NCBI GenBank assembly: GCA_023248595.1
Contig: JAHFEG010000009.1
Coordinates: forward strand, 7,739-71,738
Length of the DNA: 64,000 nucleotides
Direction: 5' to 3'
Source: Myxococcales bacterium
GTDB lineage: Bacteria; Myxococcota; UBA727; JABDBI01
A program made the position numbers and the translations under genes. The number at the start of each line of letters is the position of its first letter. Position 1 is the stretch's first letter. Shown here piece after piece: positions 28,337 through 37,002 of this stretch. The notes beneath the pieces are model-generated. The model was not told the origin of the DNA. It saw only the letters and a program-made list of their open reading frames with translations, and ran no database searches.

Positions 28337-29149
28337 TCAAAACGGTTTTTCCGCGTAGCCATCCATCAGCCAGGGATTTTCCAGGTAGTGCCTAATGGTT
28401 TTGGCTAAAACAGCACCTTGAAAACCATCCATGAAGCGATGATCAATGGTTGCCATTAAATCGAGTTCTGGCCGAATGACAATTTGCCCATTGTGTACCA
28501 CGGGACGTTCTTTCACACGTGTCACCACCAGATAAATCGGAACACGCGCAAAAGGCGTGGGTGGCGCAAAACCTTCATCGATACCGAGCATGCCAACGCT
28601 AGTCACGATACAAACACCAAAAGGAAACCGCTCCAGACCCAATGGCTTTAGATCAAGTCCTATCGCGCCGGTAACATATCCTGTCGCCCACAGCAAAGGT
28701 CGAATTAACCAAGTGGGTAAATGTTTAAGCACTTTTGTGCTTTTTTGAAAGTCAGTATTTTGGCCTTTACGCAAAGCCTGAGCGCCTTCGGTGAGTTCAC
28801 GGGCAATCTCGATGGTTGATTTTTGATCGATGTTACAAACTTTAAACTTAGCGAGATCTGAACCCTCTGGCAGCGCTACCAGAAAAGCCAAGTCGACAGT
28901 TTTATGAGGAATATAGCGTCCAAAAACAATGCGGCCATTCAGGTCTGGCGCGTTTTTCAGGGCCATCCCTGCGGCTTTGCCGACCAAATGGGTAATCGTT
29001 ACTTTTTCACCTTTTTTTTCTCGTAAATAATCAAGGTAAGCAAGAGCGCCCGTCATCTCGATCGTTAGCTTACCGTAGATATTGCCCTCGCTTGGAGAGC
29101 TCCAAGTGGCAATTGCCAGCTTTCGACGCGTCGACATTTTATATTTCAT
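28337..29149 (-). CDS. Stand-alone 2-oxo-acid dehydrogenase E2-like acyltransferase catalytic domain
   Basis: TIDHRFMDG catalytic motif; no lipoyl domain. Confidence 0.85.
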   Translation of the reverse strand: MKYKMSTRRKLAIATWSSPSEGNIYGKLTIEMTGALAYLDYLREKKGEKVTITHLVGKAAGMALKNAPDLNGRIVFGRYIPHKTVDLAFLVALPEGSDLAKFKVCNIDQKSTIEIARELTEGAQALRKGQNTDFQKSTKVLKHLPTWLIRPLLWATGYVTGAIGLDLKPLGLERFPFGVCIVTSVGMLGIDEGFAPPTPFARVPIYLVVTRVKERPVVHNGQIVIRPELDLMATIDHRFMDGFQGAVLAKTIRHYLENPWLMDGYAEKPF

Positions 29150-29173
29150 TTGATCCTCACCAACTTTAAATCT

Positions 29174-30439
29174 CTAGCTTATTTTAAGCGCTTCTTCGAT
29201 AGCAGAACCTAAAAGGGAAACACTCAAAGTCTCCCCCGTGCTCAACAGCTTCAGTTGACCTCTTTGTTCCTGGACTTCTTTTTCACCTAAAACAATAACT
29301 GTTTTGCTGCCGAGCCGATCAGCTCTACGCATTTGTGCTTTCACGCTTCTGCCCTTGTGGTCCAAATCCGCCTTCATATTTTTGCGACGTAAATCGTATA
29401 AAAGTTCGAAAGCTTTTTCTTTGCCAACGCTGTCAGCATAAATCAGAACCACATCGAGTAAATTAGCTGGCGCAGCATCGACTTGCTCCGCTAGCAACAG
29501 TACAATACGCTCGATTCCTGCCGCAAAACCAAAAGCTGGAACATCTCTACCGCCCAATTTTTTGACCAGGCCATCATAACGTCCGCCTGCGGCAACTGCA
29601 TTTTGCGAACCCAGCCCCAGGCTTGCCACCATCTCAAAAACCGTGCGGTTATAATAGTCCAGTCCGCGGACCAACCTTGGAGAGACCTCGTAAGGAATAG
29701 CTAACCTGCTTAGCCCTGCTTGCACTTCATCAAAATGACTTAATGACTCTTCAGATAAAAACGCTTGAATTAAAGGTGCCTCTTCGGCAATCTTGATGCA
29801 GTGCGGTTGTTTGCAATCTAAAATACGCAATGTATTTTTTTGCAATCGCCGCTGGCAATCAGAGCAAATGTTATCGGCATGCAAAACAAAATAATCGTAC
29901 AATGCTTTCGCGTAATCCACCCGTTCTTCAGGTTGTCCGAGTGTATTTAAAATCAGCCGCAAATTTTGAAGTCCCAACGCACTGAGCAGATCATGGAGCA
30001 TGGCAATCACTTCAACATCGACAGTGGGTTCGGAAACACCTAGAAATTCGGCACCAATTTGATGAAATTGTCTGAGCCTTCCTTTTTGGGGACGTTCTCG
30101 GCGAAACATGGGCCCAATATAAAAAGATTTCATCTCACCGTCTAAACCAACTTTATTGTTTTCGATGACGGCGCGGACAACCCCAGCGGTGCCTTCTGGT
30201 CTTAAAGAAAGCAACTTTTCGTCCCGATCTTTCAAGACATACATTTCTTTTCCAACAATATCAGTTTCTTCGCCAACACTGCGAACAAAAAGGCTGAGCT
30301 CTTCTAAAATCGGAGTGCGAATTTCTTGAAATCCATAGGCAGAAAATATTTCGGCAGTGGTTTTCTCAACTTTTTGCCAAATATTTAGTTCGGGGCAAAA
30401 CAAATCATTCATGCCTTTTACGGCGCGCAAGATAGTCAT
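29174..30439 (-). CDS. hisS: Histidine--tRNA ligase
   Basis: LRPEGTA, FRRERPQKGRLRQFHQ, LVRGLDYY, GGRYDGL. Confidence 0.98.
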   Translation of the reverse strand: MTILRAVKGMNDLFCPELNIWQKVEKTTAEIFSAYGFQEIRTPILEELSLFVRSVGEETDIVGKEMYVLKDRDEKLLSLRPEGTAGVVRAVIENNKVGLDGEMKSFYIGPMFRRERPQKGRLRQFHQIGAEFLGVSEPTVDVEVIAMLHDLLSALGLQNLRLILNTLGQPEERVDYAKALYDYFVLHADNICSDCQRRLQKNTLRILDCKQPHCIKIAEEAPLIQAFLSEESLSHFDEVQAGLSRLAIPYEVSPRLVRGLDYYNRTVFEMVASLGLGSQNAVAAGGRYDGLVKKLGGRDVPAFGFAAGIERIVLLLAEQVDAAPANLLDVVLIYADSVGKEKAFELLYDLRRKNMKADLDHKGRSVKAQMRRADRLGSKTVIVLGEKEVQEQRGQLKLLSTGETLSVSLLGSAIEEALKIS

Positions 30440-31113
30440 TTTCGATAAACCTTTTCGATTTGATTTTTAATTTGTTCAATCACTTGGCGTTGCACAAGTC
30501 CGTCCGTATTAATTAAAATAGCCTCTGGTGCGGCAAACAATGGTGCAACTTCTCGTTTTGCGTCACGCTCGTCTCGCTCTTTTAAATCAGCAAGCACCGT
30601 TTCATAAGCAACTTTATCGCCGCGCTGCGCTAGCTCTAAAAAGCGACGTTTGGCTCGCTCTTCATCGCTGGCATTTAGAAAAAATTTAATGTCTGCATTT
30701 GGAAAGACCACAGTTCCAATGTCTCGACCCTCTAAAACCGATCCCGTTGCTGATTCTTCGCCAAGCCGTCTTTGCAGTGCTAACAAACGAGAGCGAACCT
30801 CGCCATATTGGCTTACTTTTGAAGAACCTTGACTGATTTCTTCGGTTCGAATTGCGGTTGAAACATCTATTTTTTTTAACAGTGTTTTTTGACCGTTCAC
30901 ACTTGGCAAAAAAGAAATGTCGAGAGATTCGGCTAAATTAGCTAAGGCTGCCGGGTCTTGCCAGGAAACTTTTGCTTCTAAAGCGGCTAAAGCTAAAGCA
31001 CGATAAATAGCGCCCGTGTCCACATAAGCAAACCCGAGTTCTAAAGCCACTGCTTTGGCAACTGAACTTTTTCCAGACCCCACCGGGCCATCGATTGCGA
31101 CAATAAAAACCAT
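30436..31113 (-). CDS. cmk: Cytidylate kinase
   Basis: AIDGPVGSGKSS, DTGAIYR, EGRDIGTVVFP. Confidence 0.97.
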   Translation of the reverse strand: MVFIVAIDGPVGSGKSSVAKAVALELGFAYVDTGAIYRALALAALEAKVSWQDPAALANLAESLDISFLPSVNGQKTLLKKIDVSTAIRTEEISQGSSKVSQYGEVRSRLLALQRRLGEESATGSVLEGRDIGTVVFPNADIKFFLNASDEERAKRRFLELAQRGDKVAYETVLADLKERDERDAKREVAPLFAAPEAILINTDGLVQRQVIEQIKNQIEKVYRK

Positions 31114-31145
31114 CTTAAGCTTTTACGCGAATCGATATTGAACCG

Positions 31146-31784
31146 TCAATGTGATGTTCGCATCTTTTTGACTAGCCATACCAAAACCCAACCCAAGAAG
31201 AGCGTCCCCAATAAGGTCAACATGGCTGCAGTGTATTTGTTCACCAACTCTAGAAGTGATTCCAGGTTGTCACTAAAGAAATAGCCGAAGGCTATGAGTA
31301 AGCTGTTCCAAAGTAATGCTGAAACCGTGCCCCAAATAATCACAAGACGAAGCGGAATTTGCGCTAAGCCAGAAGCAACCATGAAAACGCCGCGGACACC
31401 AGGCAGGAATCGGTTGATGATTAAGATGGTCACGCCATAGCGCTTGTACAGTTTTTGCAGACGCTCCAAATTTTGTGGTTTAACGAATTGTAGAACGCGT
31501 TGTTTGCTCCAAGGATGTTGAAACGCAAAATGTCCAAGCCACCAACCCAACATACAGCCTGTTGTCGATCCAAGAACTAAAACCGTAAAAGTCACATAGA
31601 GCGAAATGGCCCCGCGCGCAGCGAAAAATCCGCCGGCCACCAGAATAGTATCACCAGGAAAAGGCGGAAAAATGTATTCTATCCAAGTTGCAAAAAACAA
31701 AACCACAGCAGAAACCCAGGCGGGCGCTGTTTCGACAACCTTCACCAAATGATTGGTAATTTCATTGATAGATTCGATGTTCAA
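31146..31784 (-). CDS. DedA family membrane protein
   Basis: IEYIFPPFPGD, NRFLPGVR. Confidence 0.9.
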   Translation of the reverse strand: MNIESINEITNHLVKVVETAPAWVSAVVLFFATWIEYIFPPFPGDTILVAGGFFAARGAISLYVTFTVLVLGSTTGCMLGWWLGHFAFQHPWSKQRVLQFVKPQNLERLQKLYKRYGVTILIINRFLPGVRGVFMVASGLAQIPLRLVIIWGTVSALLWNSLLIAFGYFFSDNLESLLELVNKYTAAMLTLLGTLFLGWVLVWLVKKMRTSH

Positions 31785-33265
31785 TTGACCTGTACCCTCT
31801 CAATGGCTTTTTTCCATTTGCTCAAGTGTTTTTTAAGCACTTCTTCTGACATGGTCGGCAAAAAAATGGACTCGGCTTTGGCGAGTTCTTTAAGCGCAGC
31901 CTTGTTTTGGAAAATACCGATCGATAAACCTGCAAGAGCTGCTGCACCTAATGCAGTCGTTTCTAGTATGTGTGGCCGCAGGCAGGGAATTTGTAAGATG
32001 TCTGCTTGAAATTGCATTAATAGGTTATTAGCACAGGCGCCGCCATCCACTTTTATCGCGCGCATGCTTCCTCCTTCTTGCTGCATCACTTCCATCATAT
32101 CACGATTTTGTAGGGCAATGCCTTCTAATACGGCTCTCGCAATATGCGCTTTTGTCGTATCTCTCGAAATGCCGCATAGTAGACCTTTTGCGTGAGGCTG
32201 CCAATATGGTGCTCCTAATCCAGCCAGTGCTGGAACGAAAGCAACGTCGCCGCTATCTGTTACCTGGGCAGCGAGTTCTTCTACTTGAGAAGATTTATTA
32301 ATTACGCCTAAGCCATCTCTGAGCCACTGCACCGCTGCGCCCGCGATAAAGGCAGAGCCTTCTAAACAATACTGAACTTCATCTTCCAGTTTAATCGCAA
32401 CAGAAGTCAAGAGTCCATGCTTAGAGCGAATTAAGTTTTTTCCTGTATTCAATAGGATAAAACAACCCGTTCCATAAGTCGCCTTCACTTCTCCTTCTTC
32501 AAAACAAGCTTGACCAAACAGGGCTGCCTGTTGATCGCCAGCCATGCCTGCGATGGGAATACCGTCCGGCAAAAATGATAAACCCTTGGTGTGCCCGTAA
32601 GCATGGCTATTTCCATGAATCGCGGGCAAGCAATTCTTGGGAATGCCAAACACAGAAAGCAATTCGTCGTCCCACTGACAAGTGCTCAAATCCATCATGA
32701 GGGTTCGGCTAGCATTGGTCACATCGGTGGCATGAACTGCTCGACCTGTTAATTGATAAAGTAGCCAGGTATTGATGGTACCAAATAAGGCATCGCCTTG
32801 TTCAACCAATTTCCGCGCGTCTTTGACATGCTCCAATAGCCACATGAGTTTGGTTGCTGAAAAATAAGGATCAAGCACTAGTCCCGTTTTGTGCTGGATC
32901 ATCTTTTCCAGTCCACGATTCTTTAAGTCTCGGCAGATGTCCGCAGTGCGCCGACATTGCCAAACAATAAAATTATGTAAAGCCGAGCCATCTCTTTGGA
33001 AAAGGCATGTGGTTTCACGTTGATTTGCAATGCCGATTGCTGCGATTTGACTGGCCTTAACGCGACATTTATTCAAGCAATTATCAATGGCTTGATGGAC
33101 CGACTGCCAGATGTCTTCAGCTTTGTGTTCAACCCAGCCGGGCTTGGGGAAAATTTGAGCGAATTCAGCATTCGCTTTCCCCAGAACATGAAGCGTTTGA
33201 TCTAAAATCAATGCAGTTGTCCCAGTGGTTCCTTGATCAATAGCCAGAATTAATTTTTGCGACAT
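31781..33265 (-). CDS. glpK: Glycerol kinase
   Basis: AIDQGTTGT, NQRET, DPYFSATK, TDVTNASRT, GDQQAALFG, TYGTGCF, DGG. Confidence 0.96.
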   Translation of the reverse strand: MSQKLILAIDQGTTGTTALILDQTLHVLGKANAEFAQIFPKPGWVEHKAEDIWQSVHQAIDNCLNKCRVKASQIAAIGIANQRETTCLFQRDGSALHNFIVWQCRRTADICRDLKNRGLEKMIQHKTGLVLDPYFSATKLMWLLEHVKDARKLVEQGDALFGTINTWLLYQLTGRAVHATDVTNASRTLMMDLSTCQWDDELLSVFGIPKNCLPAIHGNSHAYGHTKGLSFLPDGIPIAGMAGDQQAALFGQACFEEGEVKATYGTGCFILLNTGKNLIRSKHGLLTSVAIKLEDEVQYCLEGSAFIAGAAVQWLRDGLGVINKSSQVEELAAQVTDSGDVAFVPALAGLGAPYWQPHAKGLLCGISRDTTKAHIARAVLEGIALQNRDMMEVMQQEGGSMRAIKVDGGACANNLLMQFQADILQIPCLRPHILETTALGAAALAGLSIGIFQNKAALKELAKAESIFLPTMSEEVLKKHLSKWKKAIERVQVN

Positions 33266-33431
33266 GATGCAGATTCCTTTTACGCGCAGGCCTTGGAATT
33301 GTGATGTACGATGCCTCAACAATTAAAAGGTTCTACTCATGCCCTACTTTTCTGAACTTGTTTACTTAAAAACCCGGAAATATTTTTACAAAGTTCCACT
33401 GTTTCGTTGAAGGCTGGCTACTTTGCATTTT

Positions 33432-34004
33432 ATGAAACCGGAGCGGGTATTGAATAAAACGACAAGGGCGATCGTGTTTGCTGTTTTCATGCTAATTTCT
33501 CTCCACCCACGGACTACAATCGCGGCCGTACACCCCAACACTGTTGCGGCATGTGCGTTTGGGATTTTTTTGGTGGGCACAGCGCTCATTTTGACGAGCG
33601 CTTTTCAATTTGGAAAATCCGGAGAAAAAGAGGTTCTCATGAGTTGCCCCCAATCCAGTAAGTTGGTTTGCTGCTCAATGAGCGAGGGTACTTTCTTGAA
33701 TTGCAAAGAAATGACAGAGCCCTGCCCTGATAAGAAGGGTCCTGTTTGCCTGCCGACGAATCTTGAAAGTGCTTCAACGTTCCCTGCTTATCATGAAAAA
33801 AAAATGGACCAAGTGATTGCGTTTGCCTCGGCAGTCATTGGTCTCATCGCAGTAGGCATATCCTTTGGTTTATATAAACTCCCACTTGGACACCAAACCG
33901 GGGTCATGCCGGGCGTTCACCGCTTGGCCAACCCTCCTCCGGCCTATCGTTCTACGTCTTCTATGCCGCCGCCATATGAACAAATTGCAGGAGGACGAGT
34001 TTAG
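33432..34004 (+). CDS. Cys-rich membrane protein with C-terminal PPAY and PPPY motifs
   Basis: Signal-like N-terminus, TM, Cys-rich loop, TM, tail NPPPAY...MPPPYEQ. Confidence 0.6.
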   Translation: MKPERVLNKTTRAIVFAVFMLISLHPRTTIAAVHPNTVAACAFGIFLVGTALILTSAFQFGKSGEKEVLMSCPQSSKLVCCSMSEGTFLNCKEMTEPCPDKKGPVCLPTNLESASTFPAYHEKKMDQVIAFASAVIGLIAVGISFGLYKLPLGHQTGVMPGVHRLANPPPAYRSTSSMPPPYEQIAGGRV

Positions 34005-34005
34005 T

Positions 34006-34434
34006 ATGAAATCAGCTGCACGTATTATTTTTTTGAGTCTATTTACATTTTTTTTGATGCTGTCTCCCAAGGAAGCCGAAGCTAACTTTTATAAAAATAC
34101 GCAACTCACTCAAATTGCGTGGCTGGTCAGTATCATGGCTTTTATCTATCCGGCCCTGTATTTGCAAGGCGTCTCTAAAAATCCAGGGCTGACTCCTCAG
34201 TGTCCAGATTGGTTTTTACTTGCATATTGCGATCCAAATATTGATCATTGTGTAACGCCGCGGGAAGATGGAAAGGCGGCAGTTTGCATTAATCCCGATG
34301 CAAACAAAAATGCGACTCAATTTCCTGTTTATGTTAAAGCTGGTCGCCCAAATGTTTTAGCCATCCCACTTTTAATAATAGCAGGCGTCTTTTCTAGCGT
34401 CGCCTCCGCAGTTTTATTTTGCTGCCGTCTCTAA
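34006..34434 (+). CDS. Cys-rich membrane protein, probable paralog of 33432
   Basis: GGAGG SD; shared CP..L..C..C..K..VC..A..FP.Y loop pattern between two TM segments. Confidence 0.6.
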   Translation: MKSAARIIFLSLFTFFLMLSPKEAEANFYKNTQLTQIAWLVSIMAFIYPALYLQGVSKNPGLTPQCPDWFLLAYCDPNIDHCVTPREDGKAAVCINPDANKNATQFPVYVKAGRPNVLAIPLLIIAGVFSSVASAVLFCCRL

Positions 34435-34464
34435 AAAAGACAAGACCTTGACCTAAGGTCGCAT

Positions 34465-34668
34465 ATTATTTTCAAATTTTAATTGCTTTCAATTTGGTTT
34501 TTAATTTATGGTCTTCTTACTGCTTTGATTCACATGGTGTGCATCAAAAAAAGTACCGCGCCCTAATCTGACAAAAGTTGAGGCGCGGCAGATTCACCTA
34601 AGAACCGGGGCGAAAATTAGCACTCCGGTTCTTGTTGTCAAGCTTTGTCGAAAAAGCTTGGAGTGTTT
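34465..34668 (+). promoter_or_regulatory. Sigma70 promoter plus structured four-hairpin leader, copy 2
   Basis: ATTATTTTCAAA, TTGCTT (34483-88), 18 nt, TATGGT (34507-12); hairpins covary with copy 1. Confidence 0.65.
34545..34607 (-). ncRNA. Putative cis-antisense RNA to the copy-2 leader
   Basis: Minus-strand TTGACA (34641-36), 16 nt, TGc-TAATTT; terminator CCGCGCC..GGCGCGG-tac-T7. Confidence 0.45.
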
Positions 34669-35493
34669 ATGGAAAACAAAGTTTGTATCCCCCTCGATAT
34701 TATTCGCAACTTTAATTTGTCGCCACGGGCTCGTATTGTTTGGGCAGAGCTTTCTTTGTTGCCCAAAGGTGCTGTTGGCGAGTTCGTCGTTAAAATAAAA
34801 GAGCTAAGTCAACTTTTGGGAATTTGTGACAGTACCTTGCGTCGTGCTGTGAAAGCGCTCGAAGAAGCGGGGCTGATCCAGTGTGTTGGGCTTTTTGAAA
34901 AACGCCACAAGGAATATGTGTTTAAAAACGCCGAGGAAGTGCTGATGGATTGTCATTCCGGACTCGTTCCGGAATCCATCCCAAGCACTGAAAACCTGGA
35001 TGCCAGCCTGCGCTGGCATGACAAAGAAGAAACGCCAATTCCCAGCGTCGACAGCCTGGATGCCAGCCTGCGCTGGCATGACAAACAAGAGCAGCCTTCT
35101 TCCCATCCAATTACGCCGTTTAGTAATTGGCAACAAACATACAAAGAATTAAAAGCACAAATGAAACCCGAGCCCACACCAAAGCCAGAACAAAAAGTGG
35201 ACCTAAGTGAAACTGATTTGCTGCGCATGAAATATCGATTTGCCAATGGAAAACCCTGCAGTGATGACAAACCCAAACTTGCTTACGCCCAGCAGTTGTA
35301 CAACTTTTATCAAAATCAATGGCGTGCTCAATTTCCACTTTTAAACGGTCTCGATAACCGTCCGCTTTTAGATGCTGGTCTCATCGAATATATTATCATG
35401 AACGAACCAGCAAATATTGCCGGTGAAAAAATGATGGACATCGTCGATAAAGAGCTACAACGCTTTACCGACTTTCCTGTCGACAGGGCTTAA
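34669..35493 (+). CDS. Winged-helix protein of unknown function, copy 2
   Basis: GGAG SD; highly similar to 15250-16020 except in the central linker. Confidence 0.75.
   Translation: MENKVCIPLDIIRNFNLSPRARIVWAELSLLPKGAVGEFVVKIKELSQLLGICDSTLRRAVKALEEAGLIQCVGLFEKRHKEYVFKNAEEVLMDCHSGLVPESIPSTENLDASLRWHDKEETPIPSVDSLDASLRWHDKQEQPSSHPITPFSNWQQTYKELKAQMKPEPTPKPEQKVDLSETDLLRMKYRFANGKPCSDDKPKLAYAQQLYNFYQNQWRAQFPLLNGLDNRPLLDAGLIEYIIMNEPANIAGEKMMDIVDKELQRFTDFPVDRA
34951..35085. repeat. In-frame RPE/WPE-like palindromes; 31-bp unit repeated at 60-bp period
   Basis: tgtcattccggactcgttccggaatcca (34951-78); cctggatgccagcctgcgctggcatgacaaa at 34995 and 35055. Confidence 0.8.
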
Positions 35494-35619
35494 AGAGAAG
35501 CATCAAAATAACGAAACCCTCTTCTAAACAGACATATCGGGGAGGGTTTGCTGGTGTTTCTGACCATTGTGCGATTATTGCTGATATCTTAAAACGACAA
35601 GCTTGCACCGCCGGCACTT

Positions 35620-35955
35620 TTAAATATGCTCTAATTTGTCTATTTTGGCTGCACAGATGAAATCGTTATCAGATAAACCCTGTATTGCGTGTGTCGTATA
35701 AGTTACACGGCATGAATTATAGGCAACCACTAGGTCTGGATGATGATCTTCACGATGTGACAAAAAAGCAACCGCGTTTACAAAAGCCATGGTGTGGTAA
35801 TAATTTCTAAACGTATAATATTTCCCAATTGATTTGCCATCACTGTCAAGATTCCATTTATCAAGGCTTGCTAGGAGTTTTTTTGCTTCATCTTGGGTGA
35901 GAGGCGTTACGCCTCCTTCACAGGGAGCGCAATGTTTTTGATGTAAACTTGTCAT
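35620..35955 (-). CDS. phhB: Pterin-4-alpha-carbinolamine dehydratase
   Basis: CAPCEGG, EDHHPDL, THAIQGLSDNDFICAAKID. Confidence 0.94.
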   Translation of the reverse strand: MTSLHQKHCAPCEGGVTPLTQDEAKKLLASLDKWNLDSDGKSIGKYYTFRNYYHTMAFVNAVAFLSHREDHHPDLVVAYNSCRVTYTTHAIQGLSDNDFICAAKIDKLEHI

Positions 35956-36105
35956 TAAATTTCCCGCAGAATCGATTTTTCACATGCTCCGATACCAAAA
36001 ACAACGAATATTAACAGCGGTAAACCAAGTAATTTTTAAGTATATTGCCCCCCGCTTATTTACAGTGTAGCATTACGGTCTGTCTATTTTATCGATTCTT
36101 AAGGC

Positions 36106-37002
36106 ATGTTTGTGTTCAATCAGGCACATTATTTTTTAGCAAACCAAGAACGGCTGGTTGAAGAATCTGCGGAAGCGGTTTTCAAATTGCTGCTGGACTT
36201 TTTTTCGACACACTCTAACACGCGTTCATCCTATGAAAAAGCCATTTTTGATACGCTGTTTTTTCTCTGCAGACCGGGTTGGATAGGGGAAACTTTAACC
36301 GAGCCAATTAAAAAAGAGGCCTATGAAAAACTTCTTCATTTAGGGCAACCGATTTATTACTCTAAAGACGAAAACACGCTTCGAATGTTTTCGAAAAATG
36401 CGACTAAAACAATTGCATCACTAGCGCCGCCTAAAAAATCAACAAATAAATCAAAGAGTCGTTCCAATGCAAACGATATTTCTGCCATTATTAAGGCTGA
36501 ATTAGATACATCTGAAGATAAGAAAAGCGCTGTCGCTAAGGCTGTATTTCGCATGTATCATGCTGGGAAAAAGCAAAAACGCCAATTCGTTGCTCCGATT
36601 CTAGGCGACGACAATCCGCTTCGAACTGTTTTAGGGTTACCCAAGTCACAAAAAACGACATTGCCATACGATGATGTGCGCATGCATATTTTAAAATGCA
36701 CCAAGGGTAATGCTAAAAAAAATGAAGTACCTCTCATGACTCTTTTGCAAAAAGCTGCGCCTTTTTCGGCTCGTATTTTACAAAGCGTACTGGGAGTAGA
36801 AATTTACAAACGGTTTAAGCCGGTTGGCTATTTTGATCAGCAGTGTCAAATCGTTCTCATCGAAGTGACTTCATCTTCTGATGCCTATGAGCTAACCTTT
36901 CGCAAGGCAGAACTTCTTAAGCTACTCAAAACCGTTTCTGGTTTTGAAAAAATTACAGACATACGCTCTGTTGTAGGTGTTAAGAGTCCAAATCGGGAGT
37001 AA
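36106..37002 (+). CDS. Protein with C-terminal DUF721/DciA-like domain and long N-terminal extension
   Basis: VLGVEIYKRFKP...LIEVTSSSDAYELTFRKAELLKLL...ITDIR pattern. Confidence 0.55.
   Translation: MFVFNQAHYFLANQERLVEESAEAVFKLLLDFFSTHSNTRSSYEKAIFDTLFFLCRPGWIGETLTEPIKKEAYEKLLHLGQPIYYSKDENTLRMFSKNATKTIASLAPPKKSTNKSKSRSNANDISAIIKAELDTSEDKKSAVAKAVFRMYHAGKKQKRQFVAPILGDDNPLRTVLGLPKSQKTTLPYDDVRMHILKCTKGNAKKNEVPLMTLLQKAAPFSARILQSVLGVEIYKRFKPVGYFDQQCQIVLIEVTSSSDAYELTFRKAELLKLLKTVSGFEKITDIRSVVGVKSPNRE

Noticed and set aside
32760-33040. glpK variants (GTINTW for GTIDTW, GIANQ for GITNQ) as signs of pseudogenisation
   Set aside because: ORF is full length with the other key motifs intact; two substitutions are not enough evidence.
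34995-35085. 31-bp repeat with a 29-bp spacer resembling a mini CRISPR array
   Set aside because: Only two units, inside an intact ORF, spacer similar to the preceding sequence, no cas genes; better explained as an RPE-like tandem duplication.
34804-35338. Antisense ORFs with repeated peptides (VMPAQAGIQ, CHASAGWHPG)
   Set aside because: Alternative-frame readings of the palindromic repeat, not independent genes.
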